DNA of 64,000 nt from a virus (IMGVR_UViG_3300032086_001156:1093-65092); one strand, 5' to 3'; counted from the stretch's first letter, positions 8,392-19,264 are shown. Notes: generated from the sequence alone by a model not told the origin. Numbers and translations are program-made.

Positions 8392-10715
8392 GCCTCACAG
8401 TCTTCTTCATCACCACCTGCTGTATCAATCATAGGGGGGATATATTCATTCATTGCAGAGTTTTCATCTACAATGTCAACCTCATCAGTTTTACCATCCA
8501 TAGTGTTCTGATAATATGAGGTCTTCCATCCATATTTATATGTATTCAGTAGGTCTCTTGCCATTACTGATACTGGAACTTCATTGTTGTCATAGTTTTC
8601 GGGATTGTATGACCAGTTTCCACTGATGCCTTGGTCAAAGAATTTCTGCATGACTGCAACAACATTTATGTAACCTTCATTAGATTTCATATCCCATAGT
8701 AATGTGTAAAAGTTCTTTAACAGTGTATACTGAGGTACAATCTGTTTAAGAGGGCCTTTCTTACTCTTCTTAACACTCAAGTGGTCTCTAGGTGGTTCTA
8801 CACCATTCGTTGCGTTAGAGACGACTGAGGAACTCTCAGAGGGCATCTGTGCAGTTAATGTGGAGTGTCTAAGACCATGTTCTTTGATATCCTTTCTTAG
8901 TTTGTCCCAATCTTTTTTGTATACTGGTTTGACTAATTCATCAACCTCTTTCTTATAGTGGTCGATAGGAAGTAGTCCTTGACTGTACTTTGTTCTATCA
9001 TAGTATTCACATGCACCCTTAACTCTTGCAAGTTCATTAGATGACTTCAAGAGATTGTATTGGAATGACTCTGTCAAATCATGTACAAGTTGCCATGCTT
9101 TGGGGTCATCGTACTTGACCTTGTTCTTTGCAAGAAAATGTGCAAGACCAATGTATCCTATACCTAATGACCTACGTGCAAGTGTTGACCTCTCTGCAGC
9201 TGGTACAGGATATTCTTGATAGTCAATCAACTCTTCGAGACCTCTGACTGCAAGGTCACATAACTCTTCCATCTCTTCTTCTTTTACTGTACCTACGTTG
9301 ATTGCACTTAAAATACACAATGCAATCTCACCCTTACCATCAATGTGTTGGATTGGGTCTGTTGGTAGTGTAATCTCTTGACATAGATTACTCATGTTCA
9401 CCTTATCAGTGAATGATGAGTGTGAATTACTATGGTCAATGTTCATGATGTAAATTCTACCTGTCTCTGCACGTTCTTTCAACATACTACCAAACAAGTC
9501 TCTTGCACTTACTGTGGTTTTAGGGACAGAATAAGCTCTTTCGTACTTCTCGTATAACTCATCAAACCCATCTGTACCAAATGACTCGTACAAGCCAGGG
9601 ACATCATGAGGACTAAACAAACTGATGTTCTCATTTTTTAAAAACCTCTCATAAAATAATTTACTTAACTGAATACTGTAGTCTAATTTTCTGACTCTGT
9701 TATCTTCAGTTCCTTTATTGTTCTTCAACACTAAGATGTCTTCTATCTCTTGGTGCCATATCGGGAAGTGTACTGTTGCACTACCACCACGTACACCATT
9801 CTGTGTACAACATCTTACTGTAGATTCAAATTTCTTTAGGAAAGGTATAACACCTGTGTGTTGAACCTCTCCACCTCTGATTCGTGAACCAATACCTCTG
9901 ATTCTACCTGCGTTGATTCCAATACCAGCTCTTTGTGCAACGTATCTACCGATTGCCATATCAGAACTGAAGATTGAATCAAGTGTATCATCTGAGTCTA
10001 CTAGAACACAAGATGCAAACTGTTTCAATGGTGTTCTCACACCTGCCATGATTGGGGTTGGAATACTAATCTTGAACTTAGAGATTGCATTGTAGTATTT
10101 ACGTACAGTGTCTAACCTATCACCTAAGTCTCCTCCGTAATTCTTAAATAGAGTCATTGCAATCAACATGTACATGAACTGTGGTGTCTCAAAGATATCA
10201 TCTGAACTTCTATCTTGTAATAGGTATTTGTCTACTACTTGTCTTAGACCTGCGTATGTGAAGTTCAAGTCTCTAGAGTGTCTTATCATACCATTGAGTT
10301 TCTCTAGTTCTTCTGATGTATAATGATTGAGTATCTCTTTGTCATATACACCCCTCTCTATGTTCTTGTTTATCATCTCTGATAGTGAAGGATAGATGTC
10401 ATCGTGTGACCACTTAGTACCGAACACTCTCTTCTGAATAGAGAACAGTAATAATCTAGATGCAACTTGTTGATAGTTAGGTGAATCTAATGATATCAAA
10501 TCGGATGCAGATTTGATAAGAATGTTCTGAATGTCGTTTGTTGTGATACCATCAAAGAATTGTAAACCACTGTTCATTTCAATCAATGATTCTGATACAC
10601 CTGTAATGTTCTTGGTTGCAGCTTCAACCATTTTGTGTATCTTATCTAAATCTATGGGTTTTGACTCACCACTTCTTTTTATTACTTTTAACTGGTCATT
10701 CATTTCCCACTCCAC
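8379..10715 (-). CDS. nrdA: ribonucleotide reductase class Ia alpha subunit
   Basis: ATP cone (VIKRSG), PTPIMAG, SCVL, SNLCQEI, KTSYY, C-terminal CEAC. Confidence 0.98.
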   Translation of the reverse strand: MEWEMNDQLKVIKRSGESKPIDLDKIHKMVEAATKNITGVSESLIEMNSGLQFFDGITTNDIQNILIKSASDLISLDSPNYQQVASRLLLFSIQKRVFGTKWSHDDIYPSLSEMINKNIERGVYDKEILNHYTSEELEKLNGMIRHSRDLNFTYAGLRQVVDKYLLQDRSSDDIFETPQFMYMLIAMTLFKNYGGDLGDRLDTVRKYYNAISKFKISIPTPIMAGVRTPLKQFASCVLVDSDDTLDSIFSSDMAIGRYVAQRAGIGINAGRIRGIGSRIRGGEVQHTGVIPFLKKFESTVRCCTQNGVRGGSATVHFPIWHQEIEDILVLKNNKGTEDNRVRKLDYSIQLSKLFYERFLKNENISLFSPHDVPGLYESFGTDGFDELYEKYERAYSVPKTTVSARDLFGSMLKERAETGRIYIMNIDHSNSHSSFTDKVNMSNLCQEITLPTDPIQHIDGKGEIALCILSAINVGTVKEEEMEELCDLAVRGLEELIDYQEYPVPAAERSTLARRSLGIGYIGLAHFLAKNKVKYDDPKAWQLVHDLTESFQYNLLKSSNELARVKGACEYYDRTKYSQGLLPIDHYKKEVDELVKPVYKKDWDKLRKDIKEHGLRHSTLTAQMPSESSSVVSNATNGVEPPRDHLSVKKSKKGPLKQIVPQYTLLKNFYTLLWDMKSNEGYINVVAVMQKFFDQGISGNWSYNPENYDNNEVPVSVMARDLLNTYKYGWKTSYYQNTMDGKTDEVDIVDENSAMNEYIPPMIDTAGGDEEDCEACAI

Positions 10716-10957
10716 TTAGTGTAAAACCATACTGGTGGAATTACAAGTAAACATCCAATGACAATATTTGCTGTCATCCATAGTGGAAAATCAACTAATC
10801 CACCTAATCCGTCTGATAATGCATTTCCTAACATTGCACCGAATAATGCACCATTGACTCCACTACCACTTAATTTTTTATCTAAATCTATTCCTAATAA
10901 TGCACATGCAGCTAGCACCCCATTATCAATAATACCAAATAACATCCCCTCTAACAT
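10700..10957 (-). CDS. small membrane protein, TMEM65-like
   Basis: FGIIDNGVL...AMLGNALSDGLG resembles the TMEM65 motifs. Confidence 0.45.
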   Translation of the reverse strand: MLEGMLFGIIDNGVLAACALLGIDLDKKLSGSGVNGALFGAMLGNALSDGLGGLVDFPLWMTANIVIGCLLVIPPVWFYTKWSGK

Positions 10958-11961
10958 TTATACTCCTTCAATTTTAATTTTGCCTGTAATCCTGAGTGTG
11001 TGTTGTCCTTTATTGTTTGTATAATTTGGTCAACACTCAATCCACCTCTCACCATATCATTGATGTCTTTTAATCCTTTGACTTGTTTGGTATTCCAAAT
11101 GCACACACTCCACCCATCATCAATAACTGAGTTTATTTTCTTTAGGATTTGTGTATTGCGTGGTTCGTTGTCATATATTAGGATTGCATTCCTTTTCAAT
11201 TTATTATCTAGTTTACTAAAATCACTACCACCCACAGCAATACTGTTTGGTAGGAAAAGACTATCTATCGGGCCTTCTGTTACGAAGACTGTCTTTTTTG
11301 TATCCACATTGTCTATATTGTAGATTAACGGGGTCTCATCATCAAACCTCATGGTGAGGTATCTAAGTTTACTATCGTTTATTGCACGACCAGTGAGTCC
11401 TATGAGTTTACCATCTTTGTAGAATGGTAATACTACTCTAGGGTCTGACCCCAGTACTCTATCCTTGTATTTTGCATGTACCTCTGCAAGTTTTTGACTA
11501 CTATCGATATAGTATATTTCACTTGATTCGGGTATCATCCTTTCAGATAGATACTTGGAAGATATATCAACCTTCCATGCGTCTTCACATATTTTGTGGA
11601 CAGTAGTATTTAGAAGATTGGTTTGCGGAGTGAACCTGAATTTGTGACTTGGTAACATTTTTGTGGGTCTTTTTTTACCACGTCCTGTTTCCTTCAACCA
11701 CTCTTTGAGATACTCTTTGTGTGTCTCTGCAAAATTGTCTTTGATGAAGTTTACACTTGATTTAGATACACCACAATTGTGACATTTGTAGATATACGAC
11801 TGTTCAACCACGAAGTGATAACCTCGTGCTTTGTAGGAATTAGTCTCGGAATCACCACAGTATGGACAAGAATGGTTTAATAGTGTGTCATTCTTCCATT
11901 TACTGTTGGGTAGATAAGCGAGAACCATATTCAAGTATTTTCTCTCTAACCATTGTGTCAT
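10951..11961 (-). CDS. gp61: DNA primase (gp61)
   Basis: CPYCGDS Zn finger, TEGPIDSLF, YDNEPRN, KDINDM. Confidence 0.95.
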   Translation of the reverse strand: MTQWLERKYLNMVLAYLPNSKWKNDTLLNHSCPYCGDSETNSYKARGYHFVVEQSYIYKCHNCGVSKSSVNFIKDNFAETHKEYLKEWLKETGRGKKRPTKMLPSHKFRFTPQTNLLNTTVHKICEDAWKVDISSKYLSERMIPESSEIYYIDSSQKLAEVHAKYKDRVLGSDPRVVLPFYKDGKLIGLTGRAINDSKLRYLTMRFDDETPLIYNIDNVDTKKTVFVTEGPIDSLFLPNSIAVGGSDFSKLDNKLKRNAILIYDNEPRNTQILKKINSVIDDGWSVCIWNTKQVKGLKDINDMVRGGLSVDQIIQTIKDNTHSGLQAKLKLKEYKC

Positions 11962-11981
11962 AATATATTAAGTATAACAGA

Positions 11982-12809
11982 TTAACTGTTTTTTGTAAAG
12001 TCACTTATTCTTTCTTTTGGTACTAATAATGAGGTTTTTCTCTTGATTACGGGTCTTGGGTGTGAACCTGCTGGATTAGCAAGTAATCCTGTTGCAGTGA
12101 TGAGTAACAGTACTGCAAGTGGGTCGAATACAAATATGATTGCATAGATGACCCATCTTACTGCATTGTCTAGATAGTCTTTGGCATTTTCTTCTCCGTA
12201 TATTACTTCTGCAACATACTTGATAGGGCCAATCTCTCCTTCTTGTTCTAATTGTAGACGTTGAAGGGGTAGTTTATCTTCATTGAGTTTTACTATATCA
12301 TCGATTATACGGTCAACATCAACTGCAATTTCTTGTCTTTCGTCTTGTTGTCTTCTATCGATATAGTTTCTATCTTGTGGTCTTGCAGTGTTGATAATAT
12401 TATCTAAACTTGCAACTCTACCTTCTAGTCTTTCCAGTTGTGATTCTCTACTTTCTATTCTCTTGTCTATGATAGACATTTCGAGTGAATATGAATCACC
12501 TGTAAGTGTGGTCTCAATGTTTGCTTTTGAAAGGAACCCAAATATACCCAATGACGTAATCAACATAAGTATCACGACTGCAGTAGTCAAGTAATACTTC
12601 ATGTAATTTAATCGTTCCCACTGCAAGTGTAGATAAGCTGCAGTTACCAACTTACCAAACTCTAAAGAACCTGCCATGATTACCACTGACAACCATGCAC
12701 CACTAAACATAGTTGCAAGTCCCAATACTGAGAACCATGCAGCTATACCTGCGATACCTATTGCAGTACCCAGTGCTAACCAGTTAAGATATTTAAAATT
12801 TCCTTGCAT
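11982..12809 (-). CDS. conserved T4-like membrane protein with coiled coil
   Basis: Three N-terminal TM helices (LEFGKLV, TSLGIFGFLS), GPIKYVAE, IFVFDPLAVLLL. Confidence 0.75.
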   Translation of the reverse strand: MQGNFKYLNWLALGTAIGIAGIAAWFSVLGLATMFSGAWLSVVIMAGSLEFGKLVTAAYLHLQWERLNYMKYYLTTAVVILMLITSLGIFGFLSKANIETTLTGDSYSLEMSIIDKRIESRESQLERLEGRVASLDNIINTARPQDRNYIDRRQQDERQEIAVDVDRIIDDIVKLNEDKLPLQRLQLEQEGEIGPIKYVAEVIYGEENAKDYLDNAVRWVIYAIIFVFDPLAVLLLITATGLLANPAGSHPRPVIKRKTSLLVPKERISDFTKNS

Positions 12810-13686
12810 ATGATATAATTTCTATTTCTTTTGTGAGACTGTTTTCAAGGACAACCTCTCGTCCTCTATCCAAATCCAATTTCAAAAGTGTATCATCTAT
12901 TATACCTTCTGCAACCACTTTTTGCAAGGGGTTTCTTGTCATTAATTTAAAAATTCTGTTATCTACAGAATGTTTCTTACGTCTCACTACAGGTTTGTCT
13001 GTCGAAACAGCTGCCCCTGTAGAATTGATAGGTGCATCTTCATCAAACACCTCGGGTACCATATGTTTGTATAACCCTTCTGCGAGTGTTATGCCAGCTT
13101 TATAATCGGTTACATAGTGTAACCCTGCGAGAACCCTACCATATGCACATATATCTGCTCCCTTAAGTAACCCTTCCTTATGGTCGGGATACTGACCTCC
13201 GTAGTATAGTGCAACAACATAGGGTTGTACTGTGTGTCCTGATGGGTATGAAGGTGTCTTTGCAGTGTCTGTTACAAATCTATCATACTCATCATTTACC
13301 AACTTTGCAAATTGATATGGACGAATTCTATTGTAGTGCATCTTGTAGTGTCGGATGATAGGAACACATTGTTGTTCAATGTATTCTATTCTGTCATCTT
13401 CATACTCAAGATTATTCTCATCAAGATATTTCTTAATGAAGTGTGATGCATCTTCATCACACAATTTATATTGTTCTTTTTGTTCGTCTGTAACGTTTAG
13501 AGCTGCACGTTTAGTTTTCTTAAAATCTACTAAACATTCAGGAGAACTGTTCTTAGGTGGTTCGGGTAATTTTATCTCTTTCCAATTGTCATCAAACAAT
13601 TCAATATTTTCATATTTGGGTTGTTTAAGATTCTCGGGTTTATCGTATAAAATATCATCCCAATTTTTACTCTCAGTAAACATCAT
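12793..13686 (-). CDS. PAP2/haloperoxidase-superfamily phosphatase
   Basis: K...NRIRP, PSYPSGH and RVLAGLHY motifs. Confidence 0.85.
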   Translation of the reverse strand: MMFTESKNWDDILYDKPENLKQPKYENIELFDDNWKEIKLPEPPKNSSPECLVDFKKTKRAALNVTDEQKEQYKLCDEDASHFIKKYLDENNLEYEDDRIEYIEQQCVPIIRHYKMHYNRIRPYQFAKLVNDEYDRFVTDTAKTPSYPSGHTVQPYVVALYYGGQYPDHKEGLLKGADICAYGRVLAGLHYVTDYKAGITLAEGLYKHMVPEVFDEDAPINSTGAAVSTDKPVVRRKKHSVDNRIFKLMTRNPLQKVVAEGIIDDTLLKLDLDRGREVVLENSLTKEIEIISYARKF

Positions 13687-14290
13687 CTTGAGTTACCAAT
13701 ACTTTGTCTTCTCCGATGAATCCAACATATACACTTAGTCCGTATATGATTGAATGTTCTGCAACAACTTTTATATCTGTCTTCTCGGGATAGACCTTAA
13801 AACTATAAGAGTCTATATCTTCGTTCTGTTTCAACTGTCTTCTTAACTTGTAAGAACCCATATGTAGTTTACCTACTCCGACCCCTTCTGCGATTGTCTC
13901 GGGGGTTAATGCCTCTGTTTTCTTGAGGTGTCTATAAAAATCTTCACACAAGATATCTGCTTGTATGTTGTCTAATTCAAAGTGTTCCTTTAACAGTGCA
14001 AGTGCAACTGCATAGGAAGCTAATTGTGATTTACCGAAAGGAACTTTCTCTATTAGTTTCTTTAGGTTAAACACCAGTCTGTGTAATGGTGTTAACGAAT
14101 TCTTTTCTTCACCCGTCTTGGGGTTGTTCTCGATTTTTATCTGTGGATTGTTGGGGTCGGGTAATGTCTTGATTCGGTTTCCACGTTCATCGATGAAACC
14201 AAACCTATATGCCTGTGTCTTCTTAAAAGGTGTTACTAACATCTTCAGTATTCTGAAGACTATTAGTGAGTCTATCATTCTATTAGGCAT
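13673..14290 (-). CDS. conserved T4-like hypothetical protein
   Basis: FRILKMLVTPF..T.AY..G.IDERG and HRLVFNLKK pattern. Confidence 0.7.
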   Translation of the reverse strand: MPNRMIDSLIVFRILKMLVTPFKKTQAYRFGFIDERGNRIKTLPDPNNPQIKIENNPKTGEEKNSLTPLHRLVFNLKKLIEKVPFGKSQLASYAVALALLKEHFELDNIQADILCEDFYRHLKKTEALTPETIAEGVGVGKLHMGSYKLRRQLKQNEDIDSYSFKVYPEKTDIKVVAEHSIIYGLSVYVGFIGEDKVLVTQDDVY

Positions 14291-14662
14291 CTATAGTTCT
14301 CTAAGTTTTTCTACCAAGTTACCATCTACGGGTATCTCAGGTCTCCAGTCTTCTCTAATGTATTGCATATAGAGAAGTAATGTTTTAATTGTTGACCAAT
14401 ATTCTATGTCCTTTATCTTAAACTCTAACATTCTCATGCAAGGGTCATAACCGAATACATTGAATAAACAAATGAGATGATTTAACATGAGTCTTTCTCT
14501 TGACTCACCAAATTCATGATAACGATATAACAATCTTTTTAGATACCTGAATCTCCTCAAATCATCTTGAAAGTCGTCTAGACTTTCACACTGAGGGTCA
14601 TCATAGTGCTTCATTGCGAAAGCACTGAAATTCTTAACTGTTAGCTTGTCAAATAGACTCAT
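14291..14662 (-). CDS. conserved T4-like hypothetical protein
   Basis: AMKHYDDPQC...RFRYLKRL...RLMLNHLI..FNVFG. Confidence 0.75.
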   Translation of the reverse strand: MSLFDKLTVKNFSAFAMKHYDDPQCESLDDFQDDLRRFRYLKRLLYRYHEFGESRERLMLNHLICLFNVFGYDPCMRMLEFKIKDIEYWSTIKTLLLYMQYIREDWRPEIPVDGNLVEKLREL

Positions 14663-14698
14663 AATGTAAAATTATTTAGTATAACTCTCAGAAGAGAA

Positions 14699-15136
14699 TT
14701 ATACTAAACTACCGTAAACTTTATAAGAACCTGATTCTAGTTGTTCGTATTTGAGTTTAAGATTATAGATAACAGATTCTGACTCAATCTCATCGATTGG
14801 AGTGTCCACTGTTTTACCGATAATATTACCATATCTTGAAAATGGAATTTCTAATTCACCACTTTCTTGAAGTTCATCACCATCGATACCATCTACTCTA
14901 GGGTCATCTGATACTACTTCTTCTCTATTTAACCCCAACAATGCAAGTTTAGCTTCAATTTGTGCAATTGCAGCTTTTGGATTTAGGAACTCTGACACTG
15001 CAGTGTGTCCTAAGATTGCATTGATTGTTCTTTTTACATCACCGTCTTCTAAATCATGAGGGACTTTATTAGAGGATAATCCTGCTCCGTCAAATCCCTC
15101 GATGTTTTCTGAAATGTATTCTTTAAAATTTTTCAT
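14699..15136 (-). CDS. hypothetical protein, probable internal head protein
   Basis: N-terminus MKNFKEYISE resembles the T4 capsid-targeting sequence. Confidence 0.6.
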   Translation of the reverse strand: MKNFKEYISENIEGFDGAGLSSNKVPHDLEDGDVKRTINAILGHTAVSEFLNPKAAIAQIEAKLALLGLNREEVVSDDPRVDGIDGDELQESGELEIPFSRYGNIIGKTVDTPIDEIESESVIYNLKLKYEQLESGSYKVYGSLV

Positions 15137-15138
15137 AA

Positions 15139-15690
15139 TTAAGCAACTACTGTTATTGTTCCAGCGGCTGTTCCTATTGCACCACTACTAGTGATTGTTG
15201 AGTTACCACCACCATTTGTGTCAACGATTGTTCCACCATTTAGTGAAACTGCGTTTGCACCGATACTTAACACGTCACCTGCTGATGTAGCTGCATTAGC
15301 TGCTGCAATCGCAAGACTGAATGTAAGTTCGTTTGATGTTGAACCACTTGCATATGATAATGTGTGGTCTGCATTTGTGTCATTTGTAACCGTCAATTGT
15401 GGTGTACCTGTTACAGTCACATTCTCGTTAAAGATAACTTTAACTGATAGTGTTCCACCTTCTGATTTGTCAAATGCTGTAGTAATCCAATCGATTTCTG
15501 TAATATCTGCTTGACCAATTCCAACTGATAAGTTAGACCCAGTTGCAACTAGAATCTCTTCTAAGTTTCTAGAACCTACAGTCTTCTTAAGAACCCAACC
15601 TTCTGGCTTAGCGATAGTGTTTTTCTTGTCTGCGTCTGAAAGATATTTTGGTTTACTTTCGTCTGCGTCTGATACTCCCCATAATGCCAT
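15139..15690 (-). CDS. probable virion structural protein with Ig-like domain
   Basis: FNENVTVTGTPQL...YASGSTSNELTF beta-rich, Thr/Gly-rich domain; strong SD (GGAG). Confidence 0.6.
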   Translation of the reverse strand: MALWGVSDADESKPKYLSDADKKNTIAKPEGWVLKKTVGSRNLEEILVATGSNLSVGIGQADITEIDWITTAFDKSEGGTLSVKVIFNENVTVTGTPQLTVTNDTNADHTLSYASGSTSNELTFSLAIAAANAATSAGDVLSIGANAVSLNGGTIVDTNGGGNSTITSSGAIGTAAGTITVVA

Positions 15691-15700
15691 TTTTATTCTC

Positions 15701-16297
15701 CTAATTTGCTTTGGATACTCTCAATATAGCGTTAAATGCTTTATTGAATGATTTTGTATCCTTTTGTAATAATTGTAAGTATTTAGTACGAACAGGTGCT
15801 CTAACTTTCATTAAAGTGTCATGAACTGCAACTGCGTCACTATTCTTCACTTTAGTCTTTTTCATATCATCTGTTCTTACTTCACCGTCCTTAGTTCCGT
15901 CTTTAAACTTTCTAAGTTGCATCAACATTGATGCATCGGGTCTATTTTGAACTCCTTTTGCCTTCGATTGAAGTGCATCTAGAGCTCGTTGGTAGACTTC
16001 ATCCTCTTCTGCTTCGGCATACTTACCCTTTGCCATTGTAGATATTTTAAGGAGTCTACTTTTTAAATCTTTTTCGTTCTTTGACTGGGAAACTGCACGT
16101 GCAATCTTTTTGTTTCCAGCATCAGACATCATACCGAAGTCTGAGATTATTTCCATAATCTGTCTGACTTCTGCCATGTCTTTCTTGACATAACCAAGTT
16201 TCTTCAATTTCTCTTTGAAGATTTTAAGACGTGCATCAGTAGTAATTAACTTTTCTACTTCTTGCACTGTCATGTCTTTTTTATCTTTTTTGGACAT
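15701..16297 (-). CDS. hypothetical Lys-rich protein
   Basis: ORF in a tightly packed late block. Confidence 0.65.
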   Translation of the reverse strand: MSKKDKKDMTVQEVEKLITTDARLKIFKEKLKKLGYVKKDMAEVRQIMEIISDFGMMSDAGNKKIARAVSQSKNEKDLKSRLLKISTMAKGKYAEAEEDEVYQRALDALQSKAKGVQNRPDASMLMQLRKFKDGTKDGEVRTDDMKKTKVKNSDAVAVHDTLMKVRAPVRTKYLQLLQKDTKSFNKAFNAILRVSKAN

Positions 16298-17233
16298 TTA
16301 TTTCTCGTCAAAGTGTTTGATTGAAGAAGGGTCACCATATGATGATTTACCCCTTGCAATCGAATCAAAATCTCTTAAATTCTTTTTAGTACCTGAAAGT
16401 GTTACAATAGTATCTTTACCTTGTTTCTTCATTGATACTTTTAAACCCATTCTAGATGCTTGTTTCATCTTAGTTTCTTCGGGTTTCTGCATGTCTCTAA
16501 CTCTGTAGACAATCTCTGCTTCCATAAGAGATTCTTCATGCATTTTTTTGTATGTATCCATGACTGATTCTTTTTGCATCAACTTTTTAGTTTGAAGTGT
16601 ACCAATCATCGTAAGAACTGTATCTCTTGCATCAAGAACTTTCTTATAAGCTGCATTGTGTTTTGTATCTTTAAGTTCTTTGTCACCCATAGTTGCAATC
16701 TTCTGATAATCTTTTAACACTTTCTGCATGTCTTTAGATACCTTTTTCATTGCATTGATTTCTTTGTCACTGACTTCGTTTAGAAGAAGACTTTCTAGTA
16801 GTTCTACATCCTTTTCGAAATCAATATCTTCTTTAACTGGATTCTTCTTTCTGATGTCTAAACATGCTCTCCATAACTCTTCTCTAGTCATAGTATCACT
16901 AAGACCTGAGTTCTTAGCGTGCATTAAACCGTATTTGAACAGTTCTTTGTATATACCTTCTGCATCTAACTTTGAACCTGCGAGTTCTCTTAACTTTCGA
17001 TTCATTGTTGCATTTTGTTGTGCAGAGATTCTCTTAGAATCATTAATGAATGCAAAGTAGTAATCACCATCATAGATGGGATAACTTAGAGATAACCATT
17101 CGTTTTTTAATGCAGAATTGTTGAAGTAATGGTCATCTTTGTCGTTAGCTAGAATCCACTCTTGTTCTTTTGCATCAATACCAATCTTCTTTGCAAAGAC
17201 ATTTAGAGGCATTTTCTTTGACATTTTTGCCAT
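16298..17233 (-). CDS. hypothetical Lys/Glu-rich protein
   Basis: ORF with several L-x-E motifs; SD GAGG. Confidence 0.65.
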   Translation of the reverse strand: MAKMSKKMPLNVFAKKIGIDAKEQEWILANDKDDHYFNNSALKNEWLSLSYPIYDGDYYFAFINDSKRISAQQNATMNRKLRELAGSKLDAEGIYKELFKYGLMHAKNSGLSDTMTREELWRACLDIRKKNPVKEDIDFEKDVELLESLLLNEVSDKEINAMKKVSKDMQKVLKDYQKIATMGDKELKDTKHNAAYKKVLDARDTVLTMIGTLQTKKLMQKESVMDTYKKMHEESLMEAEIVYRVRDMQKPEETKMKQASRMGLKVSMKKQGKDTIVTLSGTKKNLRDFDSIARGKSSYGDPSSIKHFDEK

Positions 17234-17236
17234 GAT

Positions 17237-17983
17237 TTACCTCGGTAATCCTTTAGGTGCTTTTGCTTTTCTCATCTTAGACATGATTCTTCTTTCCATG
17301 TTCTCTTCGATAGGTGCATACTTAACACCATTTTCCCACATTTCTTTGTAGGCATCTAAGATGTTCTTATGTTCAGACATGTTTTCTTTTTCTCTAGTCT
17401 GTTTGTCTTTTAACTTTTCCATGTCTTGAACATGTTTAAGGTTTAGTTTTGCTTTATCTTCTGCATCACCTTGATTTAAAAGTTTTGCACCTTTTTTTCT
17501 ATCGTGATAAGTGAACTGGTAATTCTTACCATTCTTATCATCTTTAACAATGTAACCTTTTGGAGTCATCTTAATGACTTTACCCATGTACTTAGCACCG
17601 TCACCACGGTAATAATCAATCTCTGTTCCTACTTTGATTGAGTTCTTAGTCTCTGCACCCATACCATGTTTTGCAAGAACTCTGTAGTTCTCACCTAGAT
17701 TAACTGATTCGTTTGCATATTGTAATGCATTTTGGACTTCTTTTGCTTTAAGGATTTTTGAACCATAATGTCTTGCAATTTCTTTACGAGCAATAGTATC
17801 TGCACCACCTAAGTCGAGTGCAACTGATACTGCTTTCTTTAATTCAGGGTCTTTAACAGGATTTCTACGGAAATAAGTAGAGATTTCTCTACCTGTTAGT
17901 TTCTGTTTTCCATAAGGGCCGAGGGGGTTGACCTTCCCGTCTTTATCTAAGATTTTTTTTGCTTCGTGAAATAGATTAACCAT
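17237..17983 (-). CDS. hypothetical Lys-rich protein
   Basis: ORF in the late block. Confidence 0.65.
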   Translation of the reverse strand: MVNLFHEAKKILDKDGKVNPLGPYGKQKLTGREISTYFRRNPVKDPELKKAVSVALDLGGADTIARKEIARHYGSKILKAKEVQNALQYANESVNLGENYRVLAKHGMGAETKNSIKVGTEIDYYRGDGAKYMGKVIKMTPKGYIVKDDKNGKNYQFTYHDRKKGAKLLNQGDAEDKAKLNLKHVQDMEKLKDKQTREKENMSEHKNILDAYKEMWENGVKYAPIEENMERRIMSKMRKAKAPKGLPR

Positions 17984-18306
17984 TAGTCGTTCTCTTTAAG
18001 TTTCTCTTTTGACTTTAATTCTTTTTCGTACTCCTCTACCTCTGAGCAAGTGTACTTCTTACCAGCAACTACGAATTCTTTATCTCCGTTTTCTCTTGCA
18101 GCTGATAGTGCTTTAGTGAATGCATTACCTTTTTCATTCATTGCTTTACCGATAGCTTCTCTTCTTTTGATTAGATACTTATCAGTGTCGTCTTTGTCAC
18201 CATCGTTATCAACATCACCGTCTTCTCTTCCTACAGGGTCAAGTTTCTTACCCTCTATGATATTACGTGATGCTTCAATCAATGATTTTGTTAATTCATC
18301 AATCAT
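17983..18306 (-). CDS. hypothetical protein with DxDxDG motif
   Basis: LDPVGREDGDVDNDGDKDDTDKYL..RR.AI. Confidence 0.65.
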   Translation of the reverse strand: MIDELTKSLIEASRNIIEGKKLDPVGREDGDVDNDGDKDDTDKYLIKRREAIGKAMNEKGNAFTKALSAARENGDKEFVVAGKKYTCSEVEEYEKELKSKEKLKEND

Positions 18307-18883
18307 TAGTTTTCCCCTCGAAGTACTTGAACATTTTTCTCTTTCCTTCTTTCGTTAAATGTAATTGTTTTGCAAGTCTACCCAACATGTTTCTTTCTGT
18401 GAGTTTCTCTATGGTTTTTTCGGGTGTTTCGGTTTCTTCGGGTAGAGGTTTTACACCTTGGTCTTTGAACATTTTCATCAATGCATTGTTTGTTGCAAGT
18501 TTGATATTTTTATCTTTTCCTAATGCCTTTACAGTTTTCATAAATCCTTGTGGATTTTGTTTCTGCATTGCCTGAATGACCTTTACACCAGTCATGTTTA
18601 ACATTTTTGCAACACCATAACCTGCGTCTTTATCACCCTTAAGATTGAATAACTTATCAATCATTCCAGCTGCAGATGCTTCTAAAATCACATCTTCTTC
18701 TAGATTGATTTCTATGTCTTCTATTTCAGGAAGTGTATCATCTTCAAATCCAGTGTTTAATTCACTCTCTATCTCTTCATTCAAGATTTCGTCAGCAGTT
18801 TTTTCTACACTACCTTCTTTGAGAGCCATGTGTCCACGAACTTGTTCTAGTTTTTCTTTCCAGTTTTCTGATTTATAACTCAT
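18299..18883 (-). CDS. hypothetical protein, acidic N-terminal half
   Basis: ORF downstream of a CATAAATA late promoter (18892-18899). Confidence 0.65.
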   Translation of the reverse strand: MSYKSENWKEKLEQVRGHMALKEGSVEKTADEILNEEIESELNTGFEDDTLPEIEDIEINLEEDVILEASAAGMIDKLFNLKGDKDAGYGVAKMLNMTGVKVIQAMQKQNPQGFMKTVKALGKDKNIKLATNNALMKMFKDQGVKPLPEETETPEKTIEKLTERNMLGRLAKQLHLTKEGKRKMFKYFEGKTND

Positions 18884-18904
18884 AGTACTATTATTTATGT
18901 TTTT

Positions 18905-19264
18905 TTAAAACTTACCTCGTGGTATAATTGTACCGTCCTTTGGTGAACCGTCTTTATTATACTTTGATGGAGGATACCTGTCTAAGTTTTCGATTCTCAG
19001 TATCAAGTCTCCAGTTCCTTTTATTATTCTGTGATAAACACCCCTAGTAATTTCAAACTTCTCTCCGACCTCTAATTCAAATGGTAACATTTCATCGAAT
19101 TGAAACATCCATCCTACTGACTTAATCACTGTCACAAGTCTTGTTTCCTTGTCCCTGTGCCAAATCAAATCTTCGGGATTTACGTCATCTCTAAACCTAC
19201 GTATTTTGTAGATTTGCTCTGTGCCGTACTTCCGTCTATTAGTGTCTTCGAAAGGTAAAGTCAT
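18905..19264 (-). CDS. cupin-like hypothetical protein
   Basis: LIWHRDKETR...YHRIIKG..DL.LRI. Confidence 0.6.
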   Translation of the reverse strand: MTLPFEDTNRRKYGTEQIYKIRRFRDDVNPEDLIWHRDKETRLVTVIKSVGWMFQFDEMLPFELEVGEKFEITRGVYHRIIKGTGDLILRIENLDRYPPSKYNKDGSPKDGTIIPRGKF

